Part shown: positions 9,235-19,865 of the stretch, piece after piece
Layout of the letters: every line of letters begins with the position of its first letter
Position numbering within the stretch: the stretch's first letter is position 1
Assembly (NCBI GenBank): GCA_963771045.1
Contig: CAVYRW010000004.1
Span: forward strand, 128,001-192,000
Length of the DNA stretch: 64,000 nt
Direction of reading: 5' to 3'
DNA from: Waddliaceae bacterium
GTDB taxonomy: Bacteria; Chlamydiota; Chlamydiia; Chlamydiales; SLFE01
Made by a program: the position numbers and the translations under genes
Notes under the pieces: generated by a model
Databases searched by the model: none
The model's input: the letters and a program-made list of their open reading frames with translations, nothing else
What the model was told of the DNA's origin: nothing

Positions 9235-11391
9235 ATGCCCTATCTTGAGGAGTTCAAAAATCGAATCCATCAAAATGACTTTCCAGGGTTCTTGCAGCTA
9301 TGGGAAGAATATGCGAATGGAGATAGCGTCAGTCCTGATGAATTTAACGAGATTCTTGAGAGGATTCAGGGCTCGGACTTTGCATCAAAATTCGGACAGT
9401 ATGTCGAGACAGCGCTGCCGCTTTGGTCGATTATTGAAGAAAAGGAAGCATCTTATACTATTCTCAGACGGTTGCTTGATTTGCAAAGCACTAATACCCC
9501 TCTTTTTCAGGAATTGGCCATTAAAGCTTTGCAGCAAAGGTATGGAGACACCCCCCAGTTCGACATACGCCTTCGCCTAGTCGGCCTAAGGGGCGTGGGA
9601 AATTTCCAGGGGGCTCTTTCCAATTTCGACCTGCTGGTTCATATGGGCAAAGGAAAATTTGTTTATCATACCGCTGGCTGGGGAACGGGGGAGATTATTG
9701 AAATTTCTCTGATAAGAGAACAGTTGGTCATTGAATTTGAAAATGTTTTGGGAAAAAGGGATCTTTCGTTTGAAAATGCTTTTAAAACATTGAAGCCCTT
9801 GCCAGACGATCATTTTCTTGCACGTCGTTTTGGGAATCCCGACAAATTTGAAGGAGAGGCCAGAAAAGATCCGACTGAGGCAGTCAAGCGCATTTTGAAA
9901 GATCTTGGTCCGAAAACAGCCTCGGAGATCAAGGACGAGTTGTGCGAGCTGGTCATACCGGAAGAAGATTGGACAAAATGGTGGCAAAGCGCCAGGCAGA
10001 AGCTCAAGAAAGACACTATGATAGCAGTGCCCGCCTCTTTGCAGGAGCCTTTTTTCTTAAGGGATGCGGAGGTTTCTCATGAAGACAGGTTCCATAAAGA
10101 GATTTTTCAGGCAAAACAAGCCGGAGATATCATTCTGGCGACTTATAATTTTGTCAGGGATTTTCCGAATATGCTTAGCAAAGACGATGTGACATCATCG
10201 ATCAGGGAAAAACTTATGGAATTATTGAATCTGCCCGATCTGACGATCGATCAGGAAATTCAGATATTGCTGTTTTTCGAAAATTTTCTCAATTCTTCCA
10301 TTAAAGATAAACCCTTGAAAGATGCGGTCCAATCTTTAGATAATCCTGGAAAAATTGTCGAGGATATCCAAATATTAGCTTTAAAAAAACGGCTGCTATC
10401 AGCGATTCGCAATTTCCGGCCCGATTGGGAGGAGATCTTTTTGGATGCTCTTTTCAATCTCCAACAGAATCAGCTTCGCGATTACATATTAAAAGAACTA
10501 TCCGGCAAGGAGACAATCAGAAAACTCGAGCACAAATTGGAAGAACTCCTCTATCATCCATTCAAATATCCCGAAGCTTTTGTCTGGTATTTTCAAAAGC
10601 TTGTTTCGCAACCCGGCGAGCTTTTTGCCGACAAGAGCGCTCAATGCGAATTTTTAGAGGCTTTCCTGATTTTGCTGCATCAGATCGAACAAAAATTGAA
10701 ATACCGGGATCTGGTGAAAAAGATGTACCATATTCTGACTAACAAACGTTTTCAGGTCGTCCGCCAGATAATTGAAGGATCGAGTCTAGAGTTCATACAG
10801 GAATTCATTCTTCTTGTGACTAAATGTCAAACGTTTAACAACCACGATCTCAAGATTATGCGAGCTCTTGCCGAAGTGGTTCATCCTTCGATTGCCGAAG
10901 ATAAGAAACAAGTCAGCCGAGAAGAGGAGCATTTCATCTGGACGACAGAAGATGGATATCGAAGAACCCATAATCGAATCGAACAGCTTGGAACTGTGGA
11001 AATTGTGGAAAATGCCAGAGAGATTGAGAAAGCCAGGTCTCTAGGAGATTTGAGAGAGAATTCCGAGTATAAATTTGCTCTGGAAAAGCGGGCCCGCCTT
11101 CAAGGGGAGCTGAAAATGTTGTCAGACCAATTAAATCGTGCTAGGATCATAACGACACAGGATGTTCCCTCAAACGAGATAGGAGTAGGCACTGTCGCCG
11201 AACTGGTCAATTCCCAGGGAGAGAAGTTGACTTATACAATATTAGGTCCCTGGGATGCCGATCCCGACCGAAATATTTTGTCTTTCCAATCCAAACTTGC
11301 CCAGGAAATGAGAGGGCTCAAATCGGGGGACAAGTTTACTTTCCGGCACGAAACATATACTGTGTCAAGTATTCAGAGTTTTATGAAATAA
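9235..11391 (+). CDS. greA: Transcription elongation factor GreA, long chlamydial form
   Basis: C-terminal ARSLGDLRENSEY and TYTILGPWDADP..SFQSKLA, with a ~560-aa N-terminal extension. Confidence 0.95.
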   Translation: MPYLEEFKNRIHQNDFPGFLQLWEEYANGDSVSPDEFNEILERIQGSDFASKFGQYVETALPLWSIIEEKEASYTILRRLLDLQSTNTPLFQELAIKALQQRYGDTPQFDIRLRLVGLRGVGNFQGALSNFDLLVHMGKGKFVYHTAGWGTGEIIEISLIREQLVIEFENVLGKRDLSFENAFKTLKPLPDDHFLARRFGNPDKFEGEARKDPTEAVKRILKDLGPKTASEIKDELCELVIPEEDWTKWWQSARQKLKKDTMIAVPASLQEPFFLRDAEVSHEDRFHKEIFQAKQAGDIILATYNFVRDFPNMLSKDDVTSSIREKLMELLNLPDLTIDQEIQILLFFENFLNSSIKDKPLKDAVQSLDNPGKIVEDIQILALKKRLLSAIRNFRPDWEEIFLDALFNLQQNQLRDYILKELSGKETIRKLEHKLEELLYHPFKYPEAFVWYFQKLVSQPGELFADKSAQCEFLEAFLILLHQIEQKLKYRDLVKKMYHILTNKRFQVVRQIIEGSSLEFIQEFILLVTKCQTFNNHDLKIMRALAEVVHPSIAEDKKQVSREEEHFIWTTEDGYRRTHNRIEQLGTVEIVENAREIEKARSLGDLRENSEYKFALEKRARLQGELKMLSDQLNRARIITTQDVPSNEIGVGTVAELVNSQGEKLTYTILGPWDADPDRNILSFQSKLAQEMRGLKSGDKFTFRHETYTVSSIQSFMK

Positions 11392-11400
11392 AGAGGTTTC

Positions 11401-12012
11401 ATGGAAATTGTCCTTGCCAGCCGCAATGTTCACAAAATACGTGAATTTCGCGACATGTTGCGTCTCATTCTCGGTTTGGATGTCGACTCATTGCTCAGCT
11501 TTCCCGATTATTCCCCTCCTCCCGAAACAGGTGAAACATTTGAGGAGAATGCCGAGATCAAGGCGGTGCATGCCGCTAAGGCTTTGGATAAAATTGTCCT
11601 TGCCGACGACTCGGGCCTTGTTGTCCCTGTTTTACAGGGGGCGCCCGGAGTGTACTCAAGGCGTTTTGCAGGCGACGAGGCAACAGATAGAGAAAACCGG
11701 CTCAAGTTGTTGGATAAACTGAAAGGAAAAACGGGAATCGAACGGCAGGCGTATTTCGAATGCAGCCTGGTCCTGGCTGGTCCCGAAGGGGTGCTGAAAA
11801 AAGCCAGGGGCCACGTTGAGGGATACATTGCCGAAGAGGAAAAAGGAAGAAACGGCTTTGGGTACGACATGATTTTCATCAAGCACGATTATGATAAAAC
11901 CTTTGGCGAGCTTAGCGAAGATGTAAAAAACCGCATTTCACACCGCAGCAAAGCCATTTCAATGCTTTCTCCCGTTCTTGGAAAGCCTAGCGCTCCGACA
12001 AGTTTAAACTGA
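11401..12012 (+). CDS. rdgB: Non-canonical purine NTP pyrophosphatase (HAM1/RdgB)
   Basis: LADDSGL, GAPGVYSRRF, GFGYD, KNRISHR. Confidence 0.96.
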   Translation: MEIVLASRNVHKIREFRDMLRLILGLDVDSLLSFPDYSPPPETGETFEENAEIKAVHAAKALDKIVLADDSGLVVPVLQGAPGVYSRRFAGDEATDRENRLKLLDKLKGKTGIERQAYFECSLVLAGPEGVLKKARGHVEGYIAEEEKGRNGFGYDMIFIKHDYDKTFGELSEDVKNRISHRSKAISMLSPVLGKPSAPTSLN

Positions 12013-12473
12013 TGGTATCTTACCACATAGATCTGTGTTTAAATTTGGTTCTTCACAAGAACCAAAAATCCTCACTACTCACTAAGTATTTTTCAACCAA
12101 CTTTCAATCGCATATATTAAGTATTTTTCTTATTTAGAAAGCCGACTTTTTGCTATTGCCTGCTAATTTAATTTTTAGGTAAGATGCTTCATAAACCACA
12201 GGAGGTTTCGCAAATGCAAGTTACAGAAAGTTTTGATATCAAGGATGCCCTTCACAATCAATATCACTCACTTCCGGAAAATAGCGGCAGCAATAGAAAA
12301 ACCTATTTAATGCTTGAAAAAGGAACTACAAAAATTGGCGTGGAAATGTTAAAAAAAGCTCCGGAAAAAGTACCGGAAGGGTGGCACGCCCCCCTCTCTA
12401 AGCAAATTGCGGAAGTGGAAGTAACACCTTCCAACGACAGCGTCGAAAAAGCTGTCGGTTCGTGGTTCAAATC

Positions 12474-13712
12474 CAGGGAAATTGCATGAAGAAATGATTT
12501 GACATGTCAAGCCAGATTTTGAAGACTTTACCTTCTTAAAATGGAGGTATATAATGTCATCTCAAAATCTTATAAGTGAGACATCAATCATGATTAGCTT
12601 TTCCGTCCTGCCTGATCCTAGGGAATCGAGAAATCAAAAATATCCGTTATTCGATATTTTAACTATAGCCATACTCGGGGTTCTTTGTGGTGCCGATGAC
12701 TGGGTTGATGTCGCCTTATGGGGCGAATCTAACCAAGACTGGCTTAAACAGTACGGCATTGGAGAAAATGGTACTCCTTCACATGATACTTTTAGTCGTT
12801 TTTTCCGCTATGTAGACCCTGTTGCATTCGAAAAATGTTTCCTCTCTTGGACCCAGAAAATTTCTAAAGCCGTTGAAGGTGTCATAGCTTTGGATGGAAA
12901 GACTATTTGCAACTCTAAAAGTTGCGGTACACAAGCTATTCATTTGGTAAGCGCATTCTCAGCCGAGAATGATCTTGTATTAGGGCAATTGGCCACTGAG
13001 GCCAAATCAAATGAGATAACAGCATTTCCATTATTGATTGAGATGTTGGATTTAAAAAAAGCTACTGTGACAATAGATGCAGCTGGCTGCCAAAAAACAA
13101 TCGCATCTCTAATCCGCGAAAAAGGAGGCGATTACGTATTCGGACTTAAGAGGAATCAGGAAAATTTATACGCTGAAGCGGAACATTTTTTTAATCAAGC
13201 GCTTAACCTTAAGCCGGAAGAAGCTGAATGTGAATACTATATAACGGAGGAAAAATCAAGAAATCGTTTTGAGAAAAGAGAGGTGTGGGTAACATCGAAT
13301 CTTGATTGGTTGCCGCAAGTGGAAGAATGGAAAGGTTTATCATCTCTGGCTTGTGTAAGGAGCACAAGGATTGTAAAAGAGAAAGAGACAGTAGAGCTAA
13401 GGTATTATATATCAAGTATAAAGGGCGATGCGGAAAGAATAGGAAAAGCCATAAGGAGTCATTGGTCGATTGAAAACAAACTTCATTGGCAGCTTGATGT
13501 TTCTTATGGAGAAGATGGAAGCAAAGTTCGAAAAGATAATGGTGCGGAAAATTTTTCGATAATTCGACGATCAACTTTGAATTTACTTAAAGCAGACAAG
13601 AAAACAAAAGCAGGTATCAAAAATAAGCGATCAAAAGCAGGTTGGAATAAGCAGTATATGATAAATATTTTGACGGGAAAGTGTTAAATAATTTCTTCAT
13701 GCAATTTCCCTG
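12474..13712 (+). mobile_element. ISAs1-family insertion sequence
   Basis: 22-bp perfect terminal IRs CAGGGAAATTGCATGAAGAAAT; 10-bp TSD GGTTCAAATC (12464-12473, 13713-13722). Confidence 0.96.
12554..13687 (+). CDS. ISAs1-family transposase
   Basis: DPR, PSHDTF, IALDGKT, KSNEIT, TIDAAGCQ, HWSIENKLHWQLDV. Confidence 0.97.
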   Translation: MSSQNLISETSIMISFSVLPDPRESRNQKYPLFDILTIAILGVLCGADDWVDVALWGESNQDWLKQYGIGENGTPSHDTFSRFFRYVDPVAFEKCFLSWTQKISKAVEGVIALDGKTICNSKSCGTQAIHLVSAFSAENDLVLGQLATEAKSNEITAFPLLIEMLDLKKATVTIDAAGCQKTIASLIREKGGDYVFGLKRNQENLYAEAEHFFNQALNLKPEEAECEYYITEEKSRNRFEKREVWVTSNLDWLPQVEEWKGLSSLACVRSTRIVKEKETVELRYYISSIKGDAERIGKAIRSHWSIENKLHWQLDVSYGEDGSKVRKDNGAENFSIIRRSTLNLLKADKKTKAGIKNKRSKAGWNKQYMINILTGKC

Positions 13713-14009
13713 GGTTCAAATCCCAGTTGAGATGGTATCCGAGTATCTACGATTATAGAAATGCTTTTTATAAGGTTACAATTAATAACAAGGAACTTGA
13801 ATTGCCGAAACCGGCCAAATATGAAGAATAGATTTTATGAAAAAATGTGCATTTTTTGTTCTATGAGGAGACAAACAACATTGGATTTTAACATTTTTTT
13901 ACCAATATTTACCCCACGACAGGAAATTGCCTGCTGGCCTAAATGATTTTCTCTCCAAGGCGACGATGACGATATGACATAAATCACGGCCAATTTAAAG
14001 TTCTACTTT

Positions 14010-14078
14010 AGAGCCACTTGCAAAACTTCGGCAAAATAGCTCAAAATTCGGTTTTGCCGGAGTTTTGCAAGTGGCTCT
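14010..14078. repeat. ~69-bp palindromic element (REP/MITE-like; may double as a terminator)
   Basis: 28-bp arms AGAGCCACTTGCAAAACTTCGGCAAAAT / GTTTTGCCGGAGTTTTGCAAGTGGCTCT. Confidence 0.85.
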
Positions 14079-14105
14079 TTAGATTAGCCGTGATTGTTTA
14101 ATTTG

Positions 14106-14651
14106 TTAACACCGTTGGAACCGGTGCAGTTTCGTCAGGCCATAGGTCCTGATATCGAGAAGAATCAATGTCTCAAAGGACTCGGAATTGATATCGGTTC
14201 CCTCTTCAATGAAGAGAAGCCCTCCTTTGGCAAGGAGGGAGGATCGGTCGAGGGCGTGGAGGAGTTTTTCCCCGATCCCTTGGCTATAGGGGGGGTCGGC
14301 GTAGATGATGTCGAAGGTCTCGGCCCCTTCCATCTTAGAGAGATGTTTTAATACATCGCCGAATAGTAGCCTGGTTTGATCCCGCAGGGAAAGGGCATCG
14401 ATATTTTGAAGGATGCTCTGCTTTGCGTCGCGGCTGCTTTCGATAAGCACCGCTGACTCGGCTCCCCGGCTTAAGGCTTCAAAAGACATGACGCCTGATC
14501 CGGCAAACAGATCCAAAAATCGGGCTTGGTCAATTTTCGACTGGCAAATGTTGAAAATCGCTTCCCGAACTTTAGATGGAGTGGGTCTGGTTTTCCGCCC
14601 CTTCGGGGTGACTATTTTTCGATTCTTGAACCGGCCGGCTGTGATTCTCAT
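14106..14651 (-). CDS. rsmD: 16S rRNA (guanine966-N2)-methyltransferase
   Basis: MRITAG, TRPT..VREAIFN, LDLFAGSG, FDIIYADPPY. Confidence 0.95.
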   Translation of the reverse strand: MRITAGRFKNRKIVTPKGRKTRPTPSKVREAIFNICQSKIDQARFLDLFAGSGVMSFEALSRGAESAVLIESSRDAKQSILQNIDALSLRDQTRLLFGDVLKHLSKMEGAETFDIIYADPPYSQGIGEKLLHALDRSSLLAKGGLLFIEEGTDINSESFETLILLDIRTYGLTKLHRFQRC

Positions 14652-16864
14652 ATTTTTTTACGTTGAACTCAACTACTTTAGTTTCTCCCGAAGGCGAGCT
14701 GATATGCAGCAGGTATTTTCCGGTCGGCCAGCCTTGGGATGGCGCTGTAAACACATAGTTTACCACAGATTCTCCCGGTTTGTCGAGTACGGCCGATACC
14801 GGCGGGATGTTCGAATTGGATTTGACATGCTCTAAAACCGCCTCAACTTGATCTCCTCTATCGCCGTTTTCGTATAAAAACATTGACTGTGATTTCCTTA
14901 TCCTGAGGGGAAAAAACAACTTTTGGATCGGTCACAATGCCGTCGAGTCCAATTTCGGTTCCCATCTGCACTTTTGAAATCTCAAGGGGGTTTTGGTTTT
15001 TGCGAATGTCGTCTTTATCCCTGTACATTTTTATGCTCAGGATTTTCCACTGATTATTTTCTCGGATCAGACGATATTGATAAGTATTTTTATCTCCGGA
15101 TAGCCCCTCGGCGACGACTGCTGCTGAGATGAAACTAGGCTTAAAGCTAAGGTCGATTACCTGGATCTCTTTATTTTTTCCCAGTTCCGGATGCCTGGAG
15201 ACATATTTCTGAAAGGCGTCAAAGGAGGCCGCTTCCTGGAATTGTTTAGAAACAAAAGCGTAGTAGGCTTTCGACAGGTCGTCTGCTCTTAGGGCTTTGA
15301 ATTGGTCATCGATCAACTGTTTGATTTCTTTTTCATTTTCAGGCGTGTCCTGAACATTGGTCAGGATTTGTATGCCCCAGATTTTCCAGTCGCCGTCCTG
15401 CTTGATCAGCCGATAGTCAACCTCGGAGGTTTCATCATTAGATTGAAGAGCTATTCGGATCAATCTTAACTTCCCCTCTTGCATGCCTTGGCCGATCGTG
15501 GCTTCCTTTTGTTTGGTAAAGATAGGATAATCTTTGAGAAATGCCTGAAAATCTTCAAATGAAGTGTTATTTTGAAAGTCCTGAGCGGTAAAGGCATAGT
15601 AGGCTTTGGAGATGTCCTCTTCCCTTAAAGCTTTCAACTGGCTTTCGATGACGTCGACTAGCTCGGCTTTTTCCTTGTCTGTAATCGGAGGATGATAAGC
15701 CGATTCCTCAACTCTTATCCCCCAGATTTTCCAATCTCCGTCTTGCTTTGCCAGCCAATAGTCGACATCGCTGTCCCCTTTTTCAGTGGTCAGAATAATC
15801 ATAAAATGCACTAGGCCGTCTTTTTCCGTTTGACTTTCAACTTTCATGGAACTGAATTTGACAAATTCAGGATAATTTTTAATAAATTTTTCAAAATCCT
15901 CTTCAGATGTCGCTTTGGTAAATTCATGAGAGACATAGTCGCTGTAGGCTTTGGGAATGTCGCCTTTTTTAAGATCCTGAAGTTGGTCATTAATTGTTTT
16001 GAGCGCGCCGCTCACCGTGCTTTGAGATTGATTCTTTTCATAGTCTGCGTTGTCGCTCACTTCATAAGCATCTACCGGCTTCGGCCCATTTACTTCAATG
16101 GCCCAAATTTTCCATTGTCCTCTGTCTTTCTCCAGCCAATATTGTAAATCTTGAATATCTTCATCCGATATCAATGATAAGTTAAGCTGTTTGAGTCCGT
16201 TGTCTTCCTTAATTTCTCCAAATCGAATTGAGTCGAATTGGACAAGCTCGGGATTTTCCCGGACGATAGTCTCAAATTCTTCATAGGGAACAATTTTTTT
16301 AAATTCTTCCGAGAGATAATTTTTATAAGCTCCTTTGATATTTCGATATTTTAAGTCAAGAAGATGGTCCTGAACGACTTTTACCAGGTGTTCGCTGTTG
16401 GCATTCTGCGACTGTATTCTGGGCTTTTGTTCGAAGGACATTGCGATCTGTTCCGACATTGTCTGGATGCTGTCGATTTTCCATTCCCCATACTCTTTGC
16501 TCATCCGATAAATAATTGGAACTAAAGAGCCTTCATTTGTTTTAAGCTCTCCAGACAGAGTGGCATGATCCCCCCGTATGTTTTCTCCGAAGAAATCGAC
16601 CGAGTCATTATCTGTTAAAATGGGGCGGGCTTTGACCCAATTTCGGAATTGTTCGAGGGTATTTTGTTCCTGATAGTTATCCGAGGTGTAAAGATAATAG
16701 CCCCGGGAGTAATTGCCTCTCTTTAATGCAGTCAGTTGATTTTTCGCTGTTTGAGTCAAGGTCTGCTTGGATTCCTCCAGAACATAATAGCCGACGCCGG
16801 CTATGATCATGAGGGCGATGATAAAGAATCCAAACCAGAAGATTGTATGCTTTTTTTGCTTCAT
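14650..16864 (-). CDS. Membrane-anchored protein with five tandem DUF4864-like domains; frameshift near 14870, 3' end uncertain
   Basis: N-terminal TM; five ~120-aa repeats (QLxAL..D.SKAY...S..F...F...WKI); C-terminus continues in ORF 14572-14919. Confidence 0.72.
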
Positions 16865-16938
16865 ATGGGGGAAATCCTATTGGGTCATGTTTATTTAAGA
16901 TAAATGCCGAAGGACAATTAATTTTGCAAGGGGCTCGC

Positions 16939-17958
16939 TTAAGAAAGTTCGGAGTTTTGGGCATCCCCATAGTGTTGAATGAGCGTCTCGGCTTTCCCCG
17001 GATCGATGTTTTTGAGTTTTTCATAGATTGCAAGTCCTTTAGCGTTTTCTCCTTGCTGTAAATACAGAGTTCCCAGCTTATAGAGAACTTCATCTTCGGA
17101 GGGAAGCAGCGATAAGAGAATTTCGTATTCTTTTATCTCTTCCTCAGGCATTTGCAGATCATGATAGCTATAAGCGAGCTGCTGATGGATCCAAGGGTCA
17201 TTCGGGGCATATTCATTGAGTATTTTAAATTCTTCAATTGCTCTTTTCGATGCGCGGGTGAATTTTTCCTGAAAGATTGGATATTTCCACGCTCCTTTAT
17301 GGTGATAGAGTCCGGAGAGCATCACATAGGCATTAGCAAGGGCTGCATGCAGCTCAAGGTCAGTCGGTTCCTGCTTTATGAGTTCGATATATTCTTTCAC
17401 TGAGCGGTGCAAAAGGCATTCTTTCATTTTATAGACGTCGTGCCAGTGCCACCAGAAACTGAGTTTCGCTGAGGCGGGCGATAAGAATTTCAAGAGTCTT
17501 GGGACAGGGTAATATTTGTATTCTTTGCCCTGAAGGGCCCCGGCCATGCGGGCAAAGCCGTTTGCTAGTTCGATATGATATTCAGGTTCATCGGGATGGT
17601 GTGATGAGTGGCGCGCAAATTCTTCGGAAAATGTGTCGCAGATCTCTTCGAATTTGTCTTGTTTTTGCGTGAGTTTATGGAGACGGAGAATAAAATAGGC
17701 AAAGAAGGTGGCGAATATCAGAGCCAGGTTCACAGCCAGGATTGCCGATTCTACAAGAAAGGTAAAAAATATGACAAAGGCGACCACTTCGATTGCCAGA
17801 AGAAGCCAGAAGAAGTAATTAAAAAAGGCGTAGTTTCTTGTGAATCTAAAAAAACGGGTAAGTATTGGTGTCCGGATCTTTGTTTTGTCCGATTTTATCC
17901 CGGATTGCTTAGCTGCGGCCGGTTCAATGAGAGAATTCTGAATATCCGAAAGTGACAT
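16939..17958 (-). CDS. Membrane protein with C-terminal TPR repeats
   Basis: Two N-terminal TM segments; TPR-like units PNDPWIHQQLAYSY and EVLYKLGTLYLQQG. Confidence 0.75.
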   Translation of the reverse strand: MSLSDIQNSLIEPAAAKQSGIKSDKTKIRTPILTRFFRFTRNYAFFNYFFWLLLAIEVVAFVIFFTFLVESAILAVNLALIFATFFAYFILRLHKLTQKQDKFEEICDTFSEEFARHSSHHPDEPEYHIELANGFARMAGALQGKEYKYYPVPRLLKFLSPASAKLSFWWHWHDVYKMKECLLHRSVKEYIELIKQEPTDLELHAALANAYVMLSGLYHHKGAWKYPIFQEKFTRASKRAIEEFKILNEYAPNDPWIHQQLAYSYHDLQMPEEEIKEYEILLSLLPSEDEVLYKLGTLYLQQGENAKGLAIYEKLKNIDPGKAETLIQHYGDAQNSELS

Positions 17959-17979
17959 TTGACTAAACAATCGCTGATA

Positions 17980-18906
17980 TCAGATTTTTTTTCCATCAGA
18001 TACTCTGGTTTTGGAAGGATATTCCAGTTCTTCCCGATGGAAAAGATAAAGGCCCGAAAAAACGACAGCGACGGAAACAAAGAACGGCCACCCGGCAGAC
18101 TCTCCAAGGAAAATCCAGCCGAAAAGCGCGGCAAACATTGGAGTCGTGAAACCCGCAAAGGACATAAAAGTCGGGCTGTAGCGCTTCAGTAAAAAGCCGT
18201 AGAGGTTGTAAGCCAGGAAATTCGATATAATCATCAGCATAAGGGCGCATTCAAAAAAAGGAATGATATTTGTGACTGGAATTGGATTCCAATTTTCATA
18301 AGCTAAAGAGTGTCCAAGAGCAAGGGTTCCGCCAAAAAGCATGCAGACCCCATTGATCATTAAAGGTGAGTAGCCCTCTTTCATCATTTGGCTTAAGAGA
18401 ATCCAGCCATAGACGCTGCTGAGGGCGGCGACGATGACTGCGAATTCAGCGGAGGTTAAGAAAAAGAAGTTTCCTGAAAGCTCTTCGCTTCCTTTCTGGA
18501 CGACGAGTATAGGAATAAATCCGACAAAACCGATAACCAGGCCAATCCATTTCATTTTGGTCAGTTTTTCTTTAAACAGCAAGTAGCAGAGCAGAGCGGA
18601 TGCAAAAGGGGAGAGGCTGTAAATGAAGCAGGTTTTGAAAGACGTTAGGTATTGCAGTCCCCAAAATTCGCAGACATTTGTCAAATAGATCGCGATAAAT
18701 CCTAAAAAAAGAATTTTTCCGATATGCTGTTTTTTGATATAAAATTGTTCTCTTTTGAAAAACCACTGATAACCAAGCAGAATAATGCCTGCCAGGGTCA
18801 TGCGGGTCCCGACCAGGAAAAACGGGGCGGCATCGATGCCAAGGGCTGTTTTCCCCAAGGTGAAGACGCTGGCGAACAGGGCGTATAGGATAAAAACTAA
18901 AATCAT
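17980..18906 (-). CDS. DMT/EamA family transporter
   Basis: ~10 TM segments in two EamA-like halves; FAALFGWIFLGE. Confidence 0.88.
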   Translation of the reverse strand: MILVFILYALFASVFTLGKTALGIDAAPFFLVGTRMTLAGIILLGYQWFFKREQFYIKKQHIGKILFLGFIAIYLTNVCEFWGLQYLTSFKTCFIYSLSPFASALLCYLLFKEKLTKMKWIGLVIGFVGFIPILVVQKGSEELSGNFFFLTSAEFAVIVAALSSVYGWILLSQMMKEGYSPLMINGVCMLFGGTLALGHSLAYENWNPIPVTNIIPFFECALMLMIISNFLAYNLYGFLLKRYSPTFMSFAGFTTPMFAALFGWIFLGESAGWPFFVSVAVVFSGLYLFHREELEYPSKTRVSDGKKI

Positions 18907-19070
18907 AACGTTTATTTTAAAGGATTTACCAATTAAACGAAAGATTTTTGATAACCTATGAGGCCGCATCGAATTAGTTGAATAATATAAGATATTTTGA
19001 TAAAATTTATTTAAATTGAAAATATATTAAGTGTTTAATATAATTTAGATATAAAAAAAGGGGTTTAAAA

Positions 19071-19760
19071 ATGCAAAAGATTAACGTTCTCTTGATAGAA
19101 GACGAGCAAGATATTGCCGACTTGATTAAATTGAATGCAGAACTATCTGATTTTAAAGTTGTTGTTGAAAATGACGGACTCAATGGATATATGGCGGCTG
19201 AACGAGAAAAGCCCGATATTATTGTCTTAGACATTATGCTTCCGGGGATGAATGGGCTCGATGTTTGCCGAAAGGTCAAAAACAATCCGGCGCTCATGGG
19301 CATTCCGATAATTATGATCTCGGCAAAAAGCGAAGAGCTTGATGTGGTACTCGGATTGGAGCTTGGGGCCGACGACTATGTGACCAAGCCATTTTCTCCG
19401 AAAATTCTCCTATCCCGCATAAAAGCGGTTCTGAGGAGGAAAAGCGAGCCGAAAAAAGAGCCTAAGAGGCTCGGATTCGGTAAATTTATGATGGATATCG
19501 ACAGCTACCAGCTGCGTAAGGGTGAAAAGCTTATCCCCCTGACGTTGTCTGAATTCGGAATCCTCAAGCGGCTTGTCGCCAATCAGGGCAAGGTCCTTAC
19601 AAGAAACCAGCTTCTTGACGATCTGCACGGGGACGAGTCTTACGTCGTTGACAGGAATATCGATGTGCATATCGCTTCTCTCCGTAAAAAATTGGGTCCT
19701 AACTTCAACTGGATCGAGACGGTTCGCGGCGTCGGCTACCGCTTCAAGGATGAAGCTTAA
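19071..19760 (+). CDS. OmpR/PhoB-family response regulator
   Basis: IEDE, LDIMLPG, GADDYVTKPFS, RNIDVHI, IETVRGVGY. Confidence 0.96.
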   Translation: MQKINVLLIEDEQDIADLIKLNAELSDFKVVVENDGLNGYMAAEREKPDIIVLDIMLPGMNGLDVCRKVKNNPALMGIPIIMISAKSEELDVVLGLELGADDYVTKPFSPKILLSRIKAVLRRKSEPKKEPKRLGFGKFMMDIDSYQLRKGEKLIPLTLSEFGILKRLVANQGKVLTRNQLLDDLHGDESYVVDRNIDVHIASLRKKLGPNFNWIETVRGVGYRFKDEA

Positions 19761-19774
19761 TTTATATTTTCTTT

Positions 19775-19820
19775 TTAAAAATAAATGGGTTTAGAGTATT
19801 CTAAACCCATTTATTTTTAA
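19775..19820. terminator. Perfect 21-bp inverted repeat, probable terminator
   Basis: TTAAAAATAAATGGGTTTAGA-gtat-TCTAAACCCATTTATTTTTAA right after the regulator stop. Confidence 0.7.
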
Positions 19821-19824
19821 TTTA

Positions 19825-19833
19825 TGGTATAAT
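19825..19833 (+). promoter_or_regulatory. Extended -10 promoter element
   Basis: TGGTATAAT (TGnTATAAT) ~30 nt upstream of ATG 19866. Confidence 0.5.
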
Positions 19834-19865
19834 AAGGTGTATAAATTACTTTTTAATTTAAAATT

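Larger units (their letters stand above)
12214..13831 (+). pseudogene. Small hypothetical gene interrupted by ISAs1
   Basis: GGAGG RBS; removing the IS and one TSD copy rejoins ...GSWFKS to QLRWYPSIYDYRNAFYKVTINNKELELPKPAKYEE* in frame. Confidence 0.8.

Noticed and set aside
12464..12474. GGTTCAAATCC resembles a tRNA T-arm (also at 13713-13723)
   Set aside because: No cloverleaf can be built on either side; it is the ISAs1 target duplication inside a coding frame.
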